A DNA stretch of 64,000 nt from Mobula hypostoma (Eukaryota). The translations under genes and the position numbers were made by a program. Where the stretch lies: NCBI RefSeq assembly GCF_963921235.1, contig NC_086097.1, forward strand, positions 115,508,001 through 115,572,000, read 5' to 3'. Below, in pieces: positions 39,180-53,776 of this stretch (within the stretch, counting starts at the first letter, position 1; every line of letters starts with the position of its first letter). The notes under the pieces are model-generated. The model made no database searches. It saw only the letters and a list, made by a program, of their open reading frames with translations, and was not told the DNA's origin.

Positions 39180-40005
39180 CGCAAACACGAGGAAATCTGC
39201 AGATGCTGGAATTTCAAACAACACACATAAAAATTGCTGGTGAACGCAGCAGGCCCGGCAGCATCTCTAGGAAGAGGTACAGTCGACGTTTTGGGCCGAG
39301 ACCCTTCATCAGGACTAACTGAAAGAAGAGCTAGTAAGAGATTTGAAAGTGGGAGGGGGAGGGGGAGATCCAAAATGATAGGAGAAGACAGGAGGGGGGG
39401 GATGGAGCCAAGGGCTGGACAGTTGATTGGCAAAAGGGATGTGAGAGGATCATGGGACAGGAGGCCTAGGGAGAAAGAAAAGGGGGAGGGTGGAAAAAGC
39501 CCAGAGGCTGGGCAAGGGGTATAGTGAGAGGGACAGAGGGAGGAAAAGGAGAGAGAGAAAAAGAATGTATGTATATAAATAAATAACGGATAGGGTACGA
39601 GGGGGAGGTGGGGCATTAGCGGAAGTTTGAGAAGTCAGTGTTCATGCCATCAGTTGGAGGCTACCCAGACGGAATATAAGGTTTTGTTCCTCCAACCTGA
39701 GTGTGGCTTCATCTTTACAGTAGAGGAGACAGTGGATAGACATATCAGAATGGGAATGGGACATGGAATTAATATGTGTGGCCACTGGGAAATCCTGCTT
39801 TCTCTGGTGGACAGAGTATAGGTGTTCAGCGAAACGATCTCCCAGTCTGCATCGGGTCTCGCCAATATATAGAAGGCCACATTGGGAGCACCAGACATAG
39901 TATGTCACCCCAGCTGACTCACAGGTGAAGTGTTGCCTCCTCTGGAAGGACTATCTGGGGCCCTGCATGGTGGTGAGGGAGGAAGTGTAAGGGCATGTGT
40001 AGCAC
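39180..40005 (-). mobile_element. Young Penelope-like 3' fragment (GIY-YIG plus tail with hammerhead)
   Basis: YYVWCSQCGLLYIGETRCRLGDRFAEH...EEQNLIFRLG. Flanked by TTCTTTA (39173-39179 / 40006-40012). The hammerhead carries a GAAA>AAAA change. Confidence 0.92.
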
Positions 40006-41224
40006 TTCTTTAGCTAGGGGGTGGTGAATCTGTGAAATTCATTTGAAATGGACATCCTTCCATTCTTAGGCTGTGCACTCTGGTCCTAAACTCCCCCTTC
40101 AGTGAAAGCATGCTCTCCATGTCCACTCTATCTCGACCATTCAGTATTTGAGAGGTTTCAATGAGATCACCCCATTATTCTTCTAAACTCCAGTAAGTAG
40201 AGGCCCAGAGCCATCAAATATTCCTCATACGTTAACCATTTCATTCCCAGGTTTATTCTTGTAACACCCTCTGAACCTTCTCCATCGCCAGCAGATCCTT
40301 TCTTAGATAAGGGGCCCAAAACTACCCCTCACCCTTCACAGACAGGCTGGTTCAATTCAGAACTTTTATAGCCAAAAGCTCTCTGGGTAAGAATACTAAG
40401 TGCTCTCACAATGCAAAAATATGTCTCCCAATTAGGCAGCTCATAAAATACAAAGGCTGAATTCAATATACCCTGAATATAGCTGCAAATATTATAATGA
40501 TAAGATTAGATTAGCTTTGTCACATGTGCATCAAAACCTAGCTTCTTGTGCAACATATTATGTCCACAATTCACTAATCCTAACCATATGTACTCTTTTT
40601 GAATGTGGGATGAAACTGAAGCACCTGGGAAAAACTCACATGGCCACAGGGTGTGCACACAAACATCTTACAGACAACAGTAGGAATCCAACCCTATCTT
40701 ACAGTGGTGCTGAAAGCATTATATTAACTGCTACTGTAGTTCCCCAATAACTTGCACTCAGTACTACTCCAATGTAGGCGGCATACCACGAGTTTCCTGC
40801 TGTTACAAATCTGATATCCAGATCCCACAGTTTGGACACTTATTCTATTTATTCATGAAAACAAAACTATTGCCAAAGCTTACAATTAATTTTCACCTCA
40901 AATAGACCAACTGTTGGAATTATTTCTTCCATTTATACTTCCCATAAGGGGAAGCTGGATTGGAATTCATAAAGCCGAATCCAGCTTGAGGAAAACAAAC
41001 TAAACTGACACATTATCTCTTAGGGAGATTATTCATATTTAATTAAGAACTCATATATTAAACAAGAAATATGCTTGGATCCCTCTCAGAGTCAAATGTC
41101 CAGCTGGCCAAACAGATATTCGGTCAAAATCTGAATCATTAGATGACTTCTCCTTGCCATAATAAGACCTTATCTTCTACTAATGTAGATTTAAGGCTGG
41201 AAATTAATCAGGCTTTGTCAATGT

Positions 41225-41730
41225 TGGTCCCAGTGGCCAAATATTTTAGTTCTGATTCCCATTCCCATTCTGACGTGTCAGTCCATGGCCTCCTCTTGTG
41301 CCGAGCTGAGGCCACCTTCAAGGTTAAGGAGCAACACCTAATATTCCGTCTGGGTAGCTTCCAACCTGATATATGAATATCGATTTCTCCTTCCAGTTAG
41401 AAAAAAATCCCCCTCCCACTGCCTTCCTCTATTCCCTACTCTGGCCTTCTACCTCTTATCATCTGCCTACTACTTCCCCCGGGTCTCCTCCTCCTTCCAT
41501 TTTTCCTATGGACAACCCTCCTCTCCTATCAGATTCTTCTTTCTCCATCACTTTAGTTTTCCTGCCTACCTGACCACCTATCACCACCTATAGCCTTCTT
41601 CCCCTCCCCCACCTTTTTATTTTGGCAGTCCTGAAGAGCAGTCTCGACCCAAAATGTCAACTGTTTATTTGTTCCTATAGATTCTGCCAGGTCTGCTGAA
41701 TTCCTCCAGCATTTTGTGTGTGGTGCTTTG
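41225..41730 (+). mobile_element. Penelope-like 3' fragment
   Basis: HSHSDVSVHGLL...EQHLIFRLGS, pyrimidine tail and a decayed hammerhead. Confidence 0.8.
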
Positions 41731-42364
41731 TCAATGTTGTGTCCACTTTTCCTTGACATTTATCATATATAACGGTCCTTTAGGACATGACAATACATTT
41801 GTTTTTTTATTGTTCAAAATTCACCGAGGCTATTTTATTGCATGTATTACTTGCTTGTTCGATGTTTTACCTCAATGAATTCCAGCTCTTCTGCTCACTT
41901 TTAACAAACTGGCATGTATCCACATGTTTATCAGCTATTTTCTGACAATGATGTTACTTCTTTCACTCAGCTTGTTTGTTTCGTCATTGTCAGCATCTTC
42001 TTGAATTGTTTCAATTCCATTGGTGTGGAGATGTACACGGTGCTGATTAGAAGAAAACCATAAGTTTTCAACTGACTCATAATTAAAGATCAGTGGGAAA
42101 AATGGAATTTGCTATGGTGAGGAACTTACTGGTAGTGGTTATTACCATGTACCTATTGCCAGTATCCAAATGAGTGCAAGAATTGAGACTTATGGCTACG
42201 GTGCATCCAGTCAATGGTAAACAAAGCACTCTGGATGAAGAAGTAATGGTGGACGGTGATGCCTCCGATGAAGAATGGGTGTCATTCAAGCAGGCTGTGC
42301 TGCATTTGAGAGTTTTGGTTTCACTTGTTGGAGTTGGACCAAACCTTTCATTTGGAAAATAGTA

Positions 42365-43915
42365 AATACAAGAGATTCTCAGATGCTGGAAATCCAAAGA
42401 AACACACACGTAAAGTGCTGGAGAAACTCAGCAGGTCAGGCAGCACCTATGGAAAGGTTTAAACCGTCAATATTTGAGCCTGAACCCTTCATCAGAACTG
42501 AAAAGCAAGTGGGAAGATGCAGAATAAAAAGGTTGGAGGGGTGGGTAGGAGAAGGAGGACTAACCAGAAGGTGATAGGTGAAGCCAGGTGGGTGGGAAAG
42601 GTTGGAAAAGAAGGAATCCAACTGGAGAGGGGAGTAAATCTTGGGAGAAATTGAAGAAGGTGAGACAGAGGAACATGAGGAGCTGGTGAGGATAAGAGGT
42701 GAGAGGCCAGAATTGGGAATAGAAGAAGAGGGAAGGGGGAGGGGAAAAATTGGAAGGAGAAATCTATTCATGCCATCTGATTGAAGGTTACCTAGATCGG
42801 ATATCGAACTGTGAGAGTGGCCTCATTATGGAAAAAGGGGATGCCATGGACTGACATGTTGGAACAGAAATTAAAATAGGTGGCTACCAGGAAATCCTGC
42901 TTTTGGCAGATGAAGCAGTGGTGTTCAACAAAATGGTCTCCCAATTTAAGTCGGGTCTCACCAATTTAGATGACGTCACATCGGGAGGACTAGATGCAAT
43001 AGTCTACCCCAACAGATCTCAAGTGAAATGTTGGAAGGAATGCTTGGGGCCTTGAATGGAGGTAGGGGATCAAGTTAATAGGTAGGCGTAGCATTTCTGT
43101 TGCTTGCAGGGATATGTGCCAAGAGGAAGATTAGTGGGGAAGAACGAATGGACAAGGGAATCATAAAGGGAGCAAACCCTACTGAAAGTGGACAGTGGGG
43201 ATGGGTGAAGGAGGTAGTGGTAGGATCCCATTGAAGATGGTAGACAGTGAAGAGAATGATGTGTTGGATGCAAAAGCTCATGGGGTGGTAGGCGAGGACA
43301 AGAGGAACTTTATCCCGGTTAAGGTGGCAGGAACATGGGGTGAGCACAGCTGTCCGGGAAATGGAGGAGATGCAGATGAGGGCAATATCAATAGTAGAGG
43401 AAGGGAAACCCCATTCTTTGAAGAAGGAGGATATCTCTGATGTCCTGGATAGGAAAGCCTCATCCTGGGAACAGAGACAATGGAGATCAAGGAACTGAGG
43501 AAAGGGAATAGCACTTTTACAGGAGATAGAGGAGAGAGGTATAGGGAAGATAACCATGGGAAATGGTGGGTTATAAAGGATGTCGGCTGACAGTTTGTCC
43601 ACAAAGATGGAGACACAGAGATCGAGAAAATGGAGGGAGGTGTCGAAATGAACCTGAATTCAAGAGCACAGCGGAAGTTGGAGGCAAAGTTGATGAGATT
43701 CAAGAGCTCTGCATGTGTGCATGAAGCAGCACCAAAGCAGTTGTCAATGTAACGGAGGAAGAGTTGGGGAGCATTACCGGGGAAGGCTTGGAACATGGAC
43801 TGTTCCACTTAGACAACAAAATGTCAGGCAGAGCCGAGTCTCATGTGGGTGCCCATAGCTATCCTTTGAGTTTGGAGAAAATGGGAGGAGATGAAGGAGA
43901 AATTGTTGAGTGTGA
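42365..43915 (-). mobile_element. Degraded Penelope-like element (RT C-terminal half to tail)
   Basis: AMGTHM, LFLRYIDNCFG, GIY-YIG remnants, and a decayed hammerhead at about 42465-42500. Confidence 0.85.
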
Positions 43916-45294
43916 GGAAAAATACTCTCTTATGAAGCTGTGAATCGTAAATGAAGCAGAAACTTTCGGAATCAGACTGTGATTCCTTCTTTGATAGATA
44001 CTCATCTTTTGACCTACATGCCAAGCCTATTATTTATCTGGATGGCTCATTTAGATTCTATCAAACTGTCCTGATGTTGATTCAGACTGAATGTACTGGA
44101 AATATTTAAAAAGAAATAAAGATAAAGATGAGCTTTATTTGTCACATGTACCTCAAAACATTGAAACATATGGTGAAATGTGTCGTTAGTATCAAATTAA
44201 ATCAGGAAAGATTCTGATGGGCTCAGCCCACAAGTGTCGCCACACTTCCTGTGTTAACATAAGATGCCCATAGAGAGAAGCAGTTAATAGTTCAGGTTAT
44301 AATTGGGAAAGAGAAAAATAAACAAGTTAGTTTCTAGTCAGAGAAAAGCTGTGAGAGGAATGGAAGAAGTGCAAATGAATTCAGACATTCAGTCTGTAAG
44401 CGTAACCCTGAGCTTCTTGTTTCCTGCCACTTAAACTCCTGATCCAAATCCCACTCTAACTGATTTGTCCGTAGCCATCTGTACTGTTATAATGAGGCCT
44501 AATGCAAACTCCAGGAACAATCTTCATCTTCTGCTTAAGCACATTGTAACCTTCTCACCACTGTCTGTAAGGAGTTTGTATCTTCTCCCCGTGACCACAT
44601 GGGTTTCTTTTGTGTGCTCTCGTTTCCTCCCACAGTCCAAAGACATAGGTTACTTGGTCATTATCAATTGTCCCATGACTAGGCTAGGATTAAATCAGAG
44701 GATTGCTGGGTGTGTGGCTTGAAAATTTGGAAGGGCCTATACCTCAATAAACAAGCCAATAAATTATTGACTCAAAATACACTTTCAGCTAAGAAACCTT
44801 TTTTATTCCTGTATGTATCAGAACTTTGGCTCAGTTTTTCTCTTTCTATTATTATAGTCTGCCTGATGGACATATCCTGCATTGTTACAATTAGCAGCAT
44901 ATAGCACAGACAAGGACGCACATTCTGATTCTAAATTTGATATTTACTCATTTGATCTCACTCTGTGGTTCTACACTCCCTTGGTTCTCCAACTCCCATC
45001 TTGGGCTTCTGTCCTCTCTTATCAGAGTCCCCCTTCTCTAGCCCTTTATCTCTTTTCACAAAGCAACTTCCCAGCTCTTTACTTGAATCCTCCCCCTCCC
45101 AGTTTCACCCATCACCTACCGCCTTGTATTTCTTCCTCTCTTTCCCCCACCTTCTTATCCTGACTTCTAATCTCTTTTTTCCCATTCCTGATGAAGGGTC
45201 CTGGCCTGAAACGACAACTGTTAACCCATTTTTGATTATTATTATTTTTGTTTTATTTATTTTTCCTCTACTAAATTATGTATTGCATTGAACT

Positions 45295-46930
45295 TGTGAT
45301 GAGGTCCTGAATTACCCCTATGAACTGTGCTTTTGAAAAGAGAGAGGGAGAGTTGTTCAACACCAGACACCTTGTTAAAAAGAGAGAGAAAGAAAGAGAG
45401 AGAGAGAGGTGAAGACTGCTCACAGTTTGTTTATACTTTCTACAAGGATATTAGCAGCTTTCAAGTACTTACAGAGAGAGAAGGGAGGAGCTGCTTAATG
45501 GACAGCTATTCCGCACAGTGGGATAAATAGAATGTCAGCTGTTAGACCTGGAGACACATGATTTTTGGACACTGAATGAGCTTTGTTGCGCCAACAGCAA
45601 AGGTAGGTTTTGGAGGATCGATCAGTTGCTCTCGCAGTGTGAAAAGGGTGTGACCGGTGGGGAGTTATTCATGTGTCCGACCCTCACCTGGGTTGATAAT
45701 TCCACCACAGAAGAACGGTCCCTTTTGTGGTGGTCACAGTCAGTGACTTCTATAGGATTTTAGAAACATAGAAACATAGAAAATAGGTGCAGGAGTAGGC
45801 CATTCGGCCCTTCGAGCCTGCACCGCCATTTATTATGATCATGGCTGATCATCCAACTCAGAACCCAGCCTTCCCTCCATACCCCCTGACCCCTGTAGCC
45901 ACAAGGGCCATATCTAACTTCCTTTTAAACATAGCTACTGAACTGGCCTCAGCAGTTTGCTGTGGCAGAGAATTCCACAGATTCACCACTCTCTGTGTGA
46001 AGAAGTTTTTCCTAACCTCGGTCCTAAAAGGCTTCCCCTCTATCCTCAAACTGTGACCCCTCGTTCTAGACCTCCCCAACATCGGGAACAATCTTCCCGC
46101 ATCTAGCCTGTCCAATCCCTTTAGGATCTTATACGTTTCAATCAGATCCCCCCTCAATCTTCTAAATTCCAACGAGTACAAGCCCAGTTCATCCAGTCGA
46201 CGGCGTCAGCTCACCGGAAGACTCAAATCTCTCCCTCTCTCTCTCTCTCCATCACTACTCAACTCAATACCGCAAACTGAACTGAATTTTACTCATCATA
46301 GTAAGACTATTTATTTACCCCTAGACTTGAAGAAGCTTGGTTTTCATATATTTCCACACTTACTTATATATATAATCGTTGCTAACCTGTTTGATATATC
46401 TGCATTTATATTATTGTATTGTGCATTTACTAATAAATACCATTAGTTAATAGCAATATTGGACTCCATTTCTGCTGGATCTTTAACCCAAGATATGAAC
46501 AAATTGGTTGGGGGGCTTGTTTGAATTGATTGGGGGAAAATCCCTTTTGATTTGTTTGTGTGGAATGTCAGCAGAAATGGAGTTTGAGGTTAATAAGTTT
46601 GTGGCAGAACCAACCCCCAAGGCACTGGATGATGCTAAGAGGGGATGTGCTGTTGGGAATTGCTCAAAAGTTAAGACTAAAGGCGACCACTAAAATGAGG
46701 AGAGCTCAGATACAGATGGTAATAGCCCAGCATGATATAGCTGAGGGAAAGATTGATGAGGAGGTGATTGATTTATTCGCTGAAGTTAAGGTACTTACTG
46801 AGGCTGAGGTTCAGTTGCAATTGAAATTGAAATTAAAACAGCTCAAGGCTGATGAAGGAGAAAGGCAGAGGATCCATGAGGCTGAGGGGGCAGACAAACA
46901 GAGAGAAGAGGCTGAAAGACAGAGGAAGTG
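45295..46930 (+). mobile_element. Ty3/gypsy 5' LTR (about 45295-46501), degenerate tRNA-Pro-like PBS and gag N-terminus; 3'-truncated
   Basis: TG...CA termini and AATAAA at about 46432. TGGGGGGCTTGT follows the LTR (compare the tRNA-Pro PBS TGGGGGCTCGT). Gag-like MEFEVNKFVAEPT..LLGIAQKL plus a coiled coil. Confidence 0.7.
45761..46197 (-). mobile_element. Young CR1 3' end inserted in the LTR
   Basis: YSLEFRRLRGDLIETYKIL...TRGHSL...RVVNLWNSLP with an open frame and (ATGTTTCT)n tail. Confidence 0.92.
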
Positions 46931-47699
46931 TTTTATAGTGTTTACAGTGCAGTGCAGTGACTGAGGTAATAGATAGAGGGTGTGGGTGTAGCTAACTAGA
47001 ATGGTTAATCAGTTTAACTGCATGGGAGAAGAAACTTTTAAGATAGTTTTTGTTTCAGCACTTTCCAAATGGGAGCTTTTGGCAAATGTAATGTTTTGGG
47101 TGGGAAGTGTCCGCAACGATTTCCCTGCCCAATTCCTTGTCCTGGAAACATATAACTCCTGCAGTGATGGTAGATTGCAGCCATTTCTGTTGTCCTGACT
47201 ATTCACCATAGTTCTTGAGTATTGTGAGTGGACGTTGCACCAAACCAGACAGTCTGATCTCACTTTGTCATGATTGAGTTTTGCTTTTTAGTGGCTTCTG
47301 CTGTTTCCTACTGTCTCCTGCAAGAGAAAAGGAGTGAGTAGAAATATGTGAGTGGTGTTCCTCTTGCAGTTGAATGCATGCATCATCTAAGACATAGGCG
47401 TGATTTGGCTGTGGACTGATGTTGTGAGACGAAGATTACCAGCACTGGAAAGAATTGAAACAAATCTCTTTGACAATTATCAACACATTGGAAGTTACAA
47501 AAAAACAGATGCCTCATCAACGCAGTAGAGGAGACCATGGACTGACATGTTGGAATAGGAATGGGAAGTAGAATTGAAATGGGCCACTGGGAAATCCCGC
47601 TTTTGCCACCCCATTCTCCACTATTTGCCATTCCTGTTTCCCTCTCTCACCTTATCTCCTTACTTGCCCATCGCCTCCCTCTGGTGCTTCTCCGCAGAA

Positions 47700-47905
47700 A
47701 CACCTGGATGAAATCTGTACAAGAGGGAGCTGCACTATAGGAGAATGACCTATACAACCATACAACCAACCACTAACCACAGCCACCACTTACTCTTGCC
47801 GGAATATATGGATCCCTACTCTGCACCAGAATATGTGGATCCCAGATTGGCCTCTACAGCCACCTGAGGACAACCCGAGTCACTGGACTACGCATTACTA
47901 CTGCT
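47700..47905 (+). mobile_element. RTE LINE 3' scrap
   Basis: Encodes CTRICGSQIGLYSHLR, typical of RTE C-termini. Confidence 0.55.
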
Positions 47906-48576
47906 TGGCCAAGAAGGCAGCTATTAGCAATTGAGCATATTGTCACAGTTGTATTTTGATGAAGTAAATATATCACTTCAGATGAGTCTGGGGTGAAATA
48001 CAGCACTGAACAGTTTGAAAGCAATGAACAACCATTCTTAGAAGTGATTTTAATGCATTTAATGTATGGATTGATCAGAGGTTGTGCTTTTCATTTTCTT
48101 CACATGCCCTTGTGTACTCCCTTGACAATTTGCAATGCACAGTTTCATTTTATAAAATAAATGAAACCCCTCTAAGTTGACAAGCAGAGTAGCTGGTTGA
48201 TTGCAGCACTGACACCCAAGGAACTGGTGAAAGAAAATAGAATTTGGCCACCGAAGACTGAAACTAAAAATACGTGGAGCTAATGGAGGATGAAGTGAAT
48301 TGAAGTGTTGACACAGATTCCTCAGTCTTTGCTTGACAGCTCTCTCTCTGCTGTTTTCCTTGGGTACTAGCAGTAGTGATGCAATCACTTGAGTTGAGTA
48401 CGATGGAGTTGTCTATTGGTGAGTGTTAGCAAAATTAGTTTGCTAAGGAAATTCAATTAAAGTTGGTCACAATCACAAATGAATTGGACACGGACTTTCA
48501 AGTGACTAGAGAATACCTTTATTCATGAAGAAGGGGAAAGTGACTCGCTAACATTATGGTCCCCAATCATCCTCAT

Positions 48577-49014
48577 TGTCAGAACTGCTGAAGAAATTAC
48601 TCAAATACACCAGTTGGACAGTTTTGGACTTTGAAGTAAAGAGAGCTTTATTCGCGATATCGTCGGGACTGCAACCATTAACAGTGGGTTTCAAACTCCA
48701 AATAATAGAGAGCACAGTTCTTTTTATACATGTGCAAATTGATTGCGAAAGCAAAGTCTGGTTGATTAACTTGTGAATTACAAAAGATAAGCCAGGTTCA
48801 CATGCAGTTCTCTTAGCCAAAGTTAAAAAAAAAATCAATCCTGTATACAAGCCTGTTCATTCCATATCCTTGAGGCTATTTCTAAGAAGATAAGTTACTG
48901 TAAGTATTTATTCTAAGAACTGTCTCTGCTGAAAACCAAGGCCATATATATAACCAACTACATTACAGCCTGGCTTCTGTACTCAAGAAGCTAATATTAA
49001 CCCTTTGTCTGTCA
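48577..49014 (-). mobile_element. Possible solo LTR
   Basis: TGTCAGA...TCTGTCA near-inverted termini. Minus-strand TATAAAA at about 48729 followed by AATAAA at about 48652. No TSD seen. Confidence 0.45.
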
Positions 49015-49444
49015 AAATGTTTAACTCTCAATATTTTCCTCCACAGTGAGTCCTCAGCTGGCTGTAGAGTCTGATATTCAGGTGTAGTGTGGCCAAGGGT
49101 AAATGGCGGCTCTGATTAGTCATCGAGTCTTTTGGTTGTTCAGTCTTCCCTTTTCAAAGCTTCACTTAATATTAAAATATACAACTCAAATTCTTCTGCA
49201 GATTTATATAAAAGCAATCCTATAAATACAATGTACATGTATAAACACAGGGGATTCTGAAGGTGCTTCAGAGATTCAGATCAAAACATATGAAACACTG
49301 AAAGAACTCAGTAGGTTTTATAGCATCTGTGGAGAGGAATAAAGAGCTGACATTTTGAGCCTAGAGCCTTCATCAGGACAACATTTCAGTAACTGTTTGA
49401 CTGTGATCATAAATAACGTACATAAAATTAGCTTATATACACCA

Positions 49445-52400
49445 GAGACCAGGCAACTCTCACTGAGCATGGGTCTCTGGTACAAAAGGGAAAGAAGAAG
49501 AAGAGGGGAACAGTTGTGATAGGGGACGCAATAGTCAGACGAACAAACAGAAGATTTGCAGGATGTGAATGGGACCCCCAAATGGTACGTTGCCTCCCAG
49601 GTGCCAGGGTCAAGGGCATCTCAGATCGTGTCCACAGCATTTTGGAGGTGGAAGGATAGCAGCAAGATATCTTGGTACACATTGGTACCAATGACATAGG
49701 TACAATGACAATGAAAGGTAGATAGGTCCTGAAAAGAGAATTTACAGAGCCAGGTAGAAAACTGAGCAGGAGGACCTCCCCGGTAGGAATTTCTGGATTG
49801 CTGCCTGTGCCATGCACTAGTGAGGGTAGAAACAGGATGATTTAGCAGATAAATGTGTGGCTGAGAAGCTAGTGCAGGGGACAGGGCTTCAGGTTCTTGG
49901 ATCACCGGGATCTCTTCTGGCGCATGTATGACCTGTCCAGAAGGGACGGGTTGCACCTGAACCTGAGGGGGACCAATATTCTCACGAGCAGGTTTGTTAG
50001 AGTTGTTGGGGAGGGTTTAAACTAATTTGGCAGGGGGGTGGGAACCGGAGTGAAGGGACTCAGGACAGAATGGATCGTTAAAAAAAAAGCAAAGAATACA
50101 TGCAGTCAGACTGTCAGGAAGGGCAGGCAGATGACAGGACAAAATTGCAATCAGCAATTAGGGACACAGAATCAGTGTAATGTATCAGTGCATTAGGGAC
50201 ACAGAATCAAACAGGGTAGCAAATACAGTACTCAAAGTGCTATATCTCAGTGCACGGAGTATAAGAAATAAGGTGGATAATCTTGTTGCACTATTACAGA
50301 TTGTCAGGTGTGATGTTGTGGCCATCACTGAATCATGGCTGAAGGATGGTTGTAGTTGGAAGCTGAATGTCAAAGATTATACGTTATATTGGAGGGATAG
50401 GAAGGTAGGCAGATAGGGTAACATGGCTCTGCTGGGAAAGAATGGCATCAAGTCAGTAGGAAAATGTGACATAGGATCGGACGGTATTGAATCCTTGTGG
50501 GTTGAGTTAAGAATCAGCAAGGGCAAAAGAACCCTGATGGCAGTTATATACAGGCCTCCCAAAAGTAGCTGGGATGTGGATCACAGATTACAACAGGGAA
50601 TGCAAAAGACATGTCAAAAGGCAGGTTGATTGGGAAAATCATGTTGGTAATGGATCCCAAAAGAGTGAGGTTGTTGAATGCCTGCAAAATGGCTTTTTCG
50701 AGCAGTTTGTCGTTGAGCCTACTAGGGGGTCAGCTATATTGGATTTGTTGTTATGTTGTGAACTGGAGGTGATTAGGGAGCTTAAGGTAAAAGAATCCTT
50801 AGGAGGCAGTGATCACAATATGACTGAGTTCAGCTGGAATTTTAATAGTGAGAAAATAAAGTCTGACATAGCAGTATTTGAGTGAAGTAAAGGAAATTAC
50901 AGTGGTATGAGAGAGGAGTTGGCCAAAGTAAATTGAAAGGAGATGCTGGCAGGGATGACTTCAGTTTCTGGGAAAAATGAGGAAGGTGCAGAATAGATGG
51001 ATTCCAAAAACAAAGATATACTCAAATGGCAAAATATTACAACTGTGGTTGACAAGGGAAGTCAAAGCTAATGTAGAAGCAAAACAGAGGGCATACAACA
51101 AAGCAGAATTAGCAGGAAGACAGAGGATTAGGGAACTTTTAAAAACCTACAGAGAGCAACGAAAGCATCATTAGGAGCAAAAATATGAAGTATAAAAGCA
51201 AGCTAGCAAACAATATCAAAGGATTGTAAAAGCTTTTTCAAGTATGCAAAAATAAAGGAGAGATGAGAGTGGATATAGGACTGCTAGAAAATGAGCCCAG
51301 AGAAATAATATTGGGGGACAAGGAGATGAAAGGTGAATAAACGAGTATTTTGCATCAGTCTTCGCTGTGGAAGGTACTAGCAATATGCCAGATGTTGAAG
51401 GGCGTGAGGGAAGAGAATGAGTGCAGTTACTATCTCAAGGGAGAAGGTGCTCAAAAGCTGAAAGACCTAGGGGTACACAAGTCACCTAGACCAGATGAAC
51501 TGCACCCTAGGGTTCTGAAAGAGGTAGCGGTAGAGATTGTGGAGGCATTAGTAAAGATCTTTCAAAAATCATTGGCCTCTGGCATGGTGCCAGAGGACTG
51601 GAAAATTGCAAATGTCATGTCACTCTTCAGCAAAGGAGGAAAGCAGCAGAAATGAAATTATAGACCAGTTAACCCAGATGTTGGAGTCATTTGTTAAGGA
51701 TGAGGTTATGGAGTACTAAGTGGTATTGGACAAGGAAGGACAAAGTCAGCATGTTTTCTTTAAGGGATGAACCTGTTGGAATTCTTTGATTCTTTGAGGA
51801 ACTTACAAGTAGGATAGATAAAGGGGATGCTGTGGATGTTGTATATTTGGACTTTCAGAAGGCTTTTGACAAGGTGCCACACATGAATCTACTTACCAAG
51901 TTAAGAACCCGTGGTTTTACAGGAAAGTTATGAGCATGGTCAGAGCATTGGCTGATTGTTAGGAGGCAGCGAGTGGGAATCTAAGGATCCTTTTCTAGTT
52001 AGCTGCCAGTAACTAGTGATGTTTTACATTAGTCAGTATTGGGACTGCTTTTTTTTTATGCTGTGTAACAATGATTTAGATGATGAAACAGATGACTTTG
52101 TTGCCAAGTTTACAGATTATATGAAGAATTGGTGGAGGGGCAGAGATGATTGAGGAAAAAGGTACTCGCAGAAGGACTTAGACAGATTAGGAGAATCGGC
52201 AAGAAAGTGGCAAATGAAATACGATGTCGGAAAATGCATGGTTGTGCACTTTGGTAGTGTAAATAAATGTGCAGACTATTTTCTAAATAGGGAGAAAATC
52301 CAAAAATATGAGATGTAAAGGGATTTGGGAGTCCTTGTGCAGAACAGTCTAAAGGTTAATTTGCAAGGAGAGCTGGTGGTGAGGAAGGCAAATGCAATGT

Positions 52401-52857
52401 TAGCATTCATTTCAAGAGGTCTTGAATAGAAGAGCAAGATGTGATAAGGCATTATCTGCCGGCATTGGAGATGGTTCAGAGGAGGTTCACAAGGATGATT
52501 CTGGGAATGAGAGGGTTTTCATACAAGGAACGCTTGATGGCTCTGGGTCAATACTCACGGGAACATAGAAGGATGGGGGTGGGTGCGGGGGAGCTTATTG
52601 AGACCTTCCGAATGTTGAAAGGCCTAGACACAGAAGATGTGGAAAAGGTATTTCCCATGACAAAGGAGTCTTGGACAAGGGGGACTCCCCTCTTAAAACA
52701 AAGATGATAAGAAATTTCTTTAGCCCGAGGGTGGTAAGTTTGTGGAATTTGTTACCGCGTGCAGCTATGGAGGCCAGGTCTTTGGGTGCATCTGGGTGTA
52801 TCAGAGATTATGGGGAGAAGACCAGGGATTTGGGCTGAGGAGGGGATAAAAGGATCA
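49445..52857 (+). mobile_element. Near full-length degraded CR1 LINE
   Basis: GDAIVR and HIGTND; LYLSARSI, ITESWL and SDHN; VPEDWKIANV and YLDFQKAFDKVPH. Numerous stops. Confidence 0.9.
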
Positions 52858-53776
52858 GGCTACGTCCACACTACACTGGATAATTTTGAAAACAAAGCTT
52901 TTTCTCTTCATTTTGACCCTCCATCCACACTAAAGCGACGTTTTCATCCCCTGAAAATGGAGATTTTCAGAATCAGTCTCCAGAGTGAATAAACCTGAAA
53001 ACGCTTAATATCTATTGTAGTGTGTACAGGGTAAATGGAGAGATTTAAAACACTGTCATGACAACACCACAACAACAATGCTTTTTCTGCTTCTGCTTGG
53101 TACTGCGTAAGCGCTGCCGGACGGCTGTTATAACGCTCAGTCGATGTGAACGGCGTGAGAGTTAAATTGTAAAGTGAGCTTCTTTGACTATTTAAAAACG
53201 CTGTCATGACGTGCCGGAACACATGGCCACAGCCTGGCATTTCATTGTTTTCTTGTATGCAAGCCCCACACAACCTAACAATTTCAGAACAGACGGCAAC
53301 GAGACTGAAGCCAGAAGAGTGAGAAATGTACTCACCAAATACTTTGACCCATAGCTTACTGAATAAATAAGTATACTCACTTTGCCCTGTTTTCTGTCCT
53401 TACCTGTATGAAGGTGGTTTACCTATTTATGCAAGTACTTCTCTGACAATAGATGTGTAACAGCCTAATGTAACATTGTATGGAAATACAAGATAACACT
53501 GATGCAGACATGTTTTATACATTTAACAAGGTGCTTTATTAATGCAACAGAGTTAGTCAGTTTTTCAATGTTCGCCGGCAACCAGGTCATACTGTCCGTG
53601 AGCTCCCTGCTGGTTGCCTCCGCTTGTTTTCTGTGTGTCCTGCACATGCCCAATAGAGGAGATTCACCCAAATATGCGTCTACTGTGGATGGAGATATTT
53701 TGAAAACTGCTTGGCATGGACACCTATCATTTTTACTCGAAACCGGCATTTTCAAAATTATCCAGCGTAGTGTGGA
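52858..53776. mobile_element. Non-autonomous PIF/Harbinger-type DNA element (MITE); right tip missing
   Basis: The left end GGCTACGTCCACACTACACTGGATAATTTTGAAAA matches the reverse complement of TTTTCAAAATTATCCAGCGTAGTGTGGA at 27/28 positions. No transposase ORF. Confidence 0.8.

Noticed and set aside
48554..48850. 98-aa minus-strand ORF
   Set aside because: It lies within an LTR-like segment with TATA and polyA signals, and has no convincing splice sites or homology.
4740..49080. CACAGTG heptamers as V(D)J recombination signals
   Set aside because: None of those examined has a nonamer at 12 or 23 spacing, and no V/J segments are visible.
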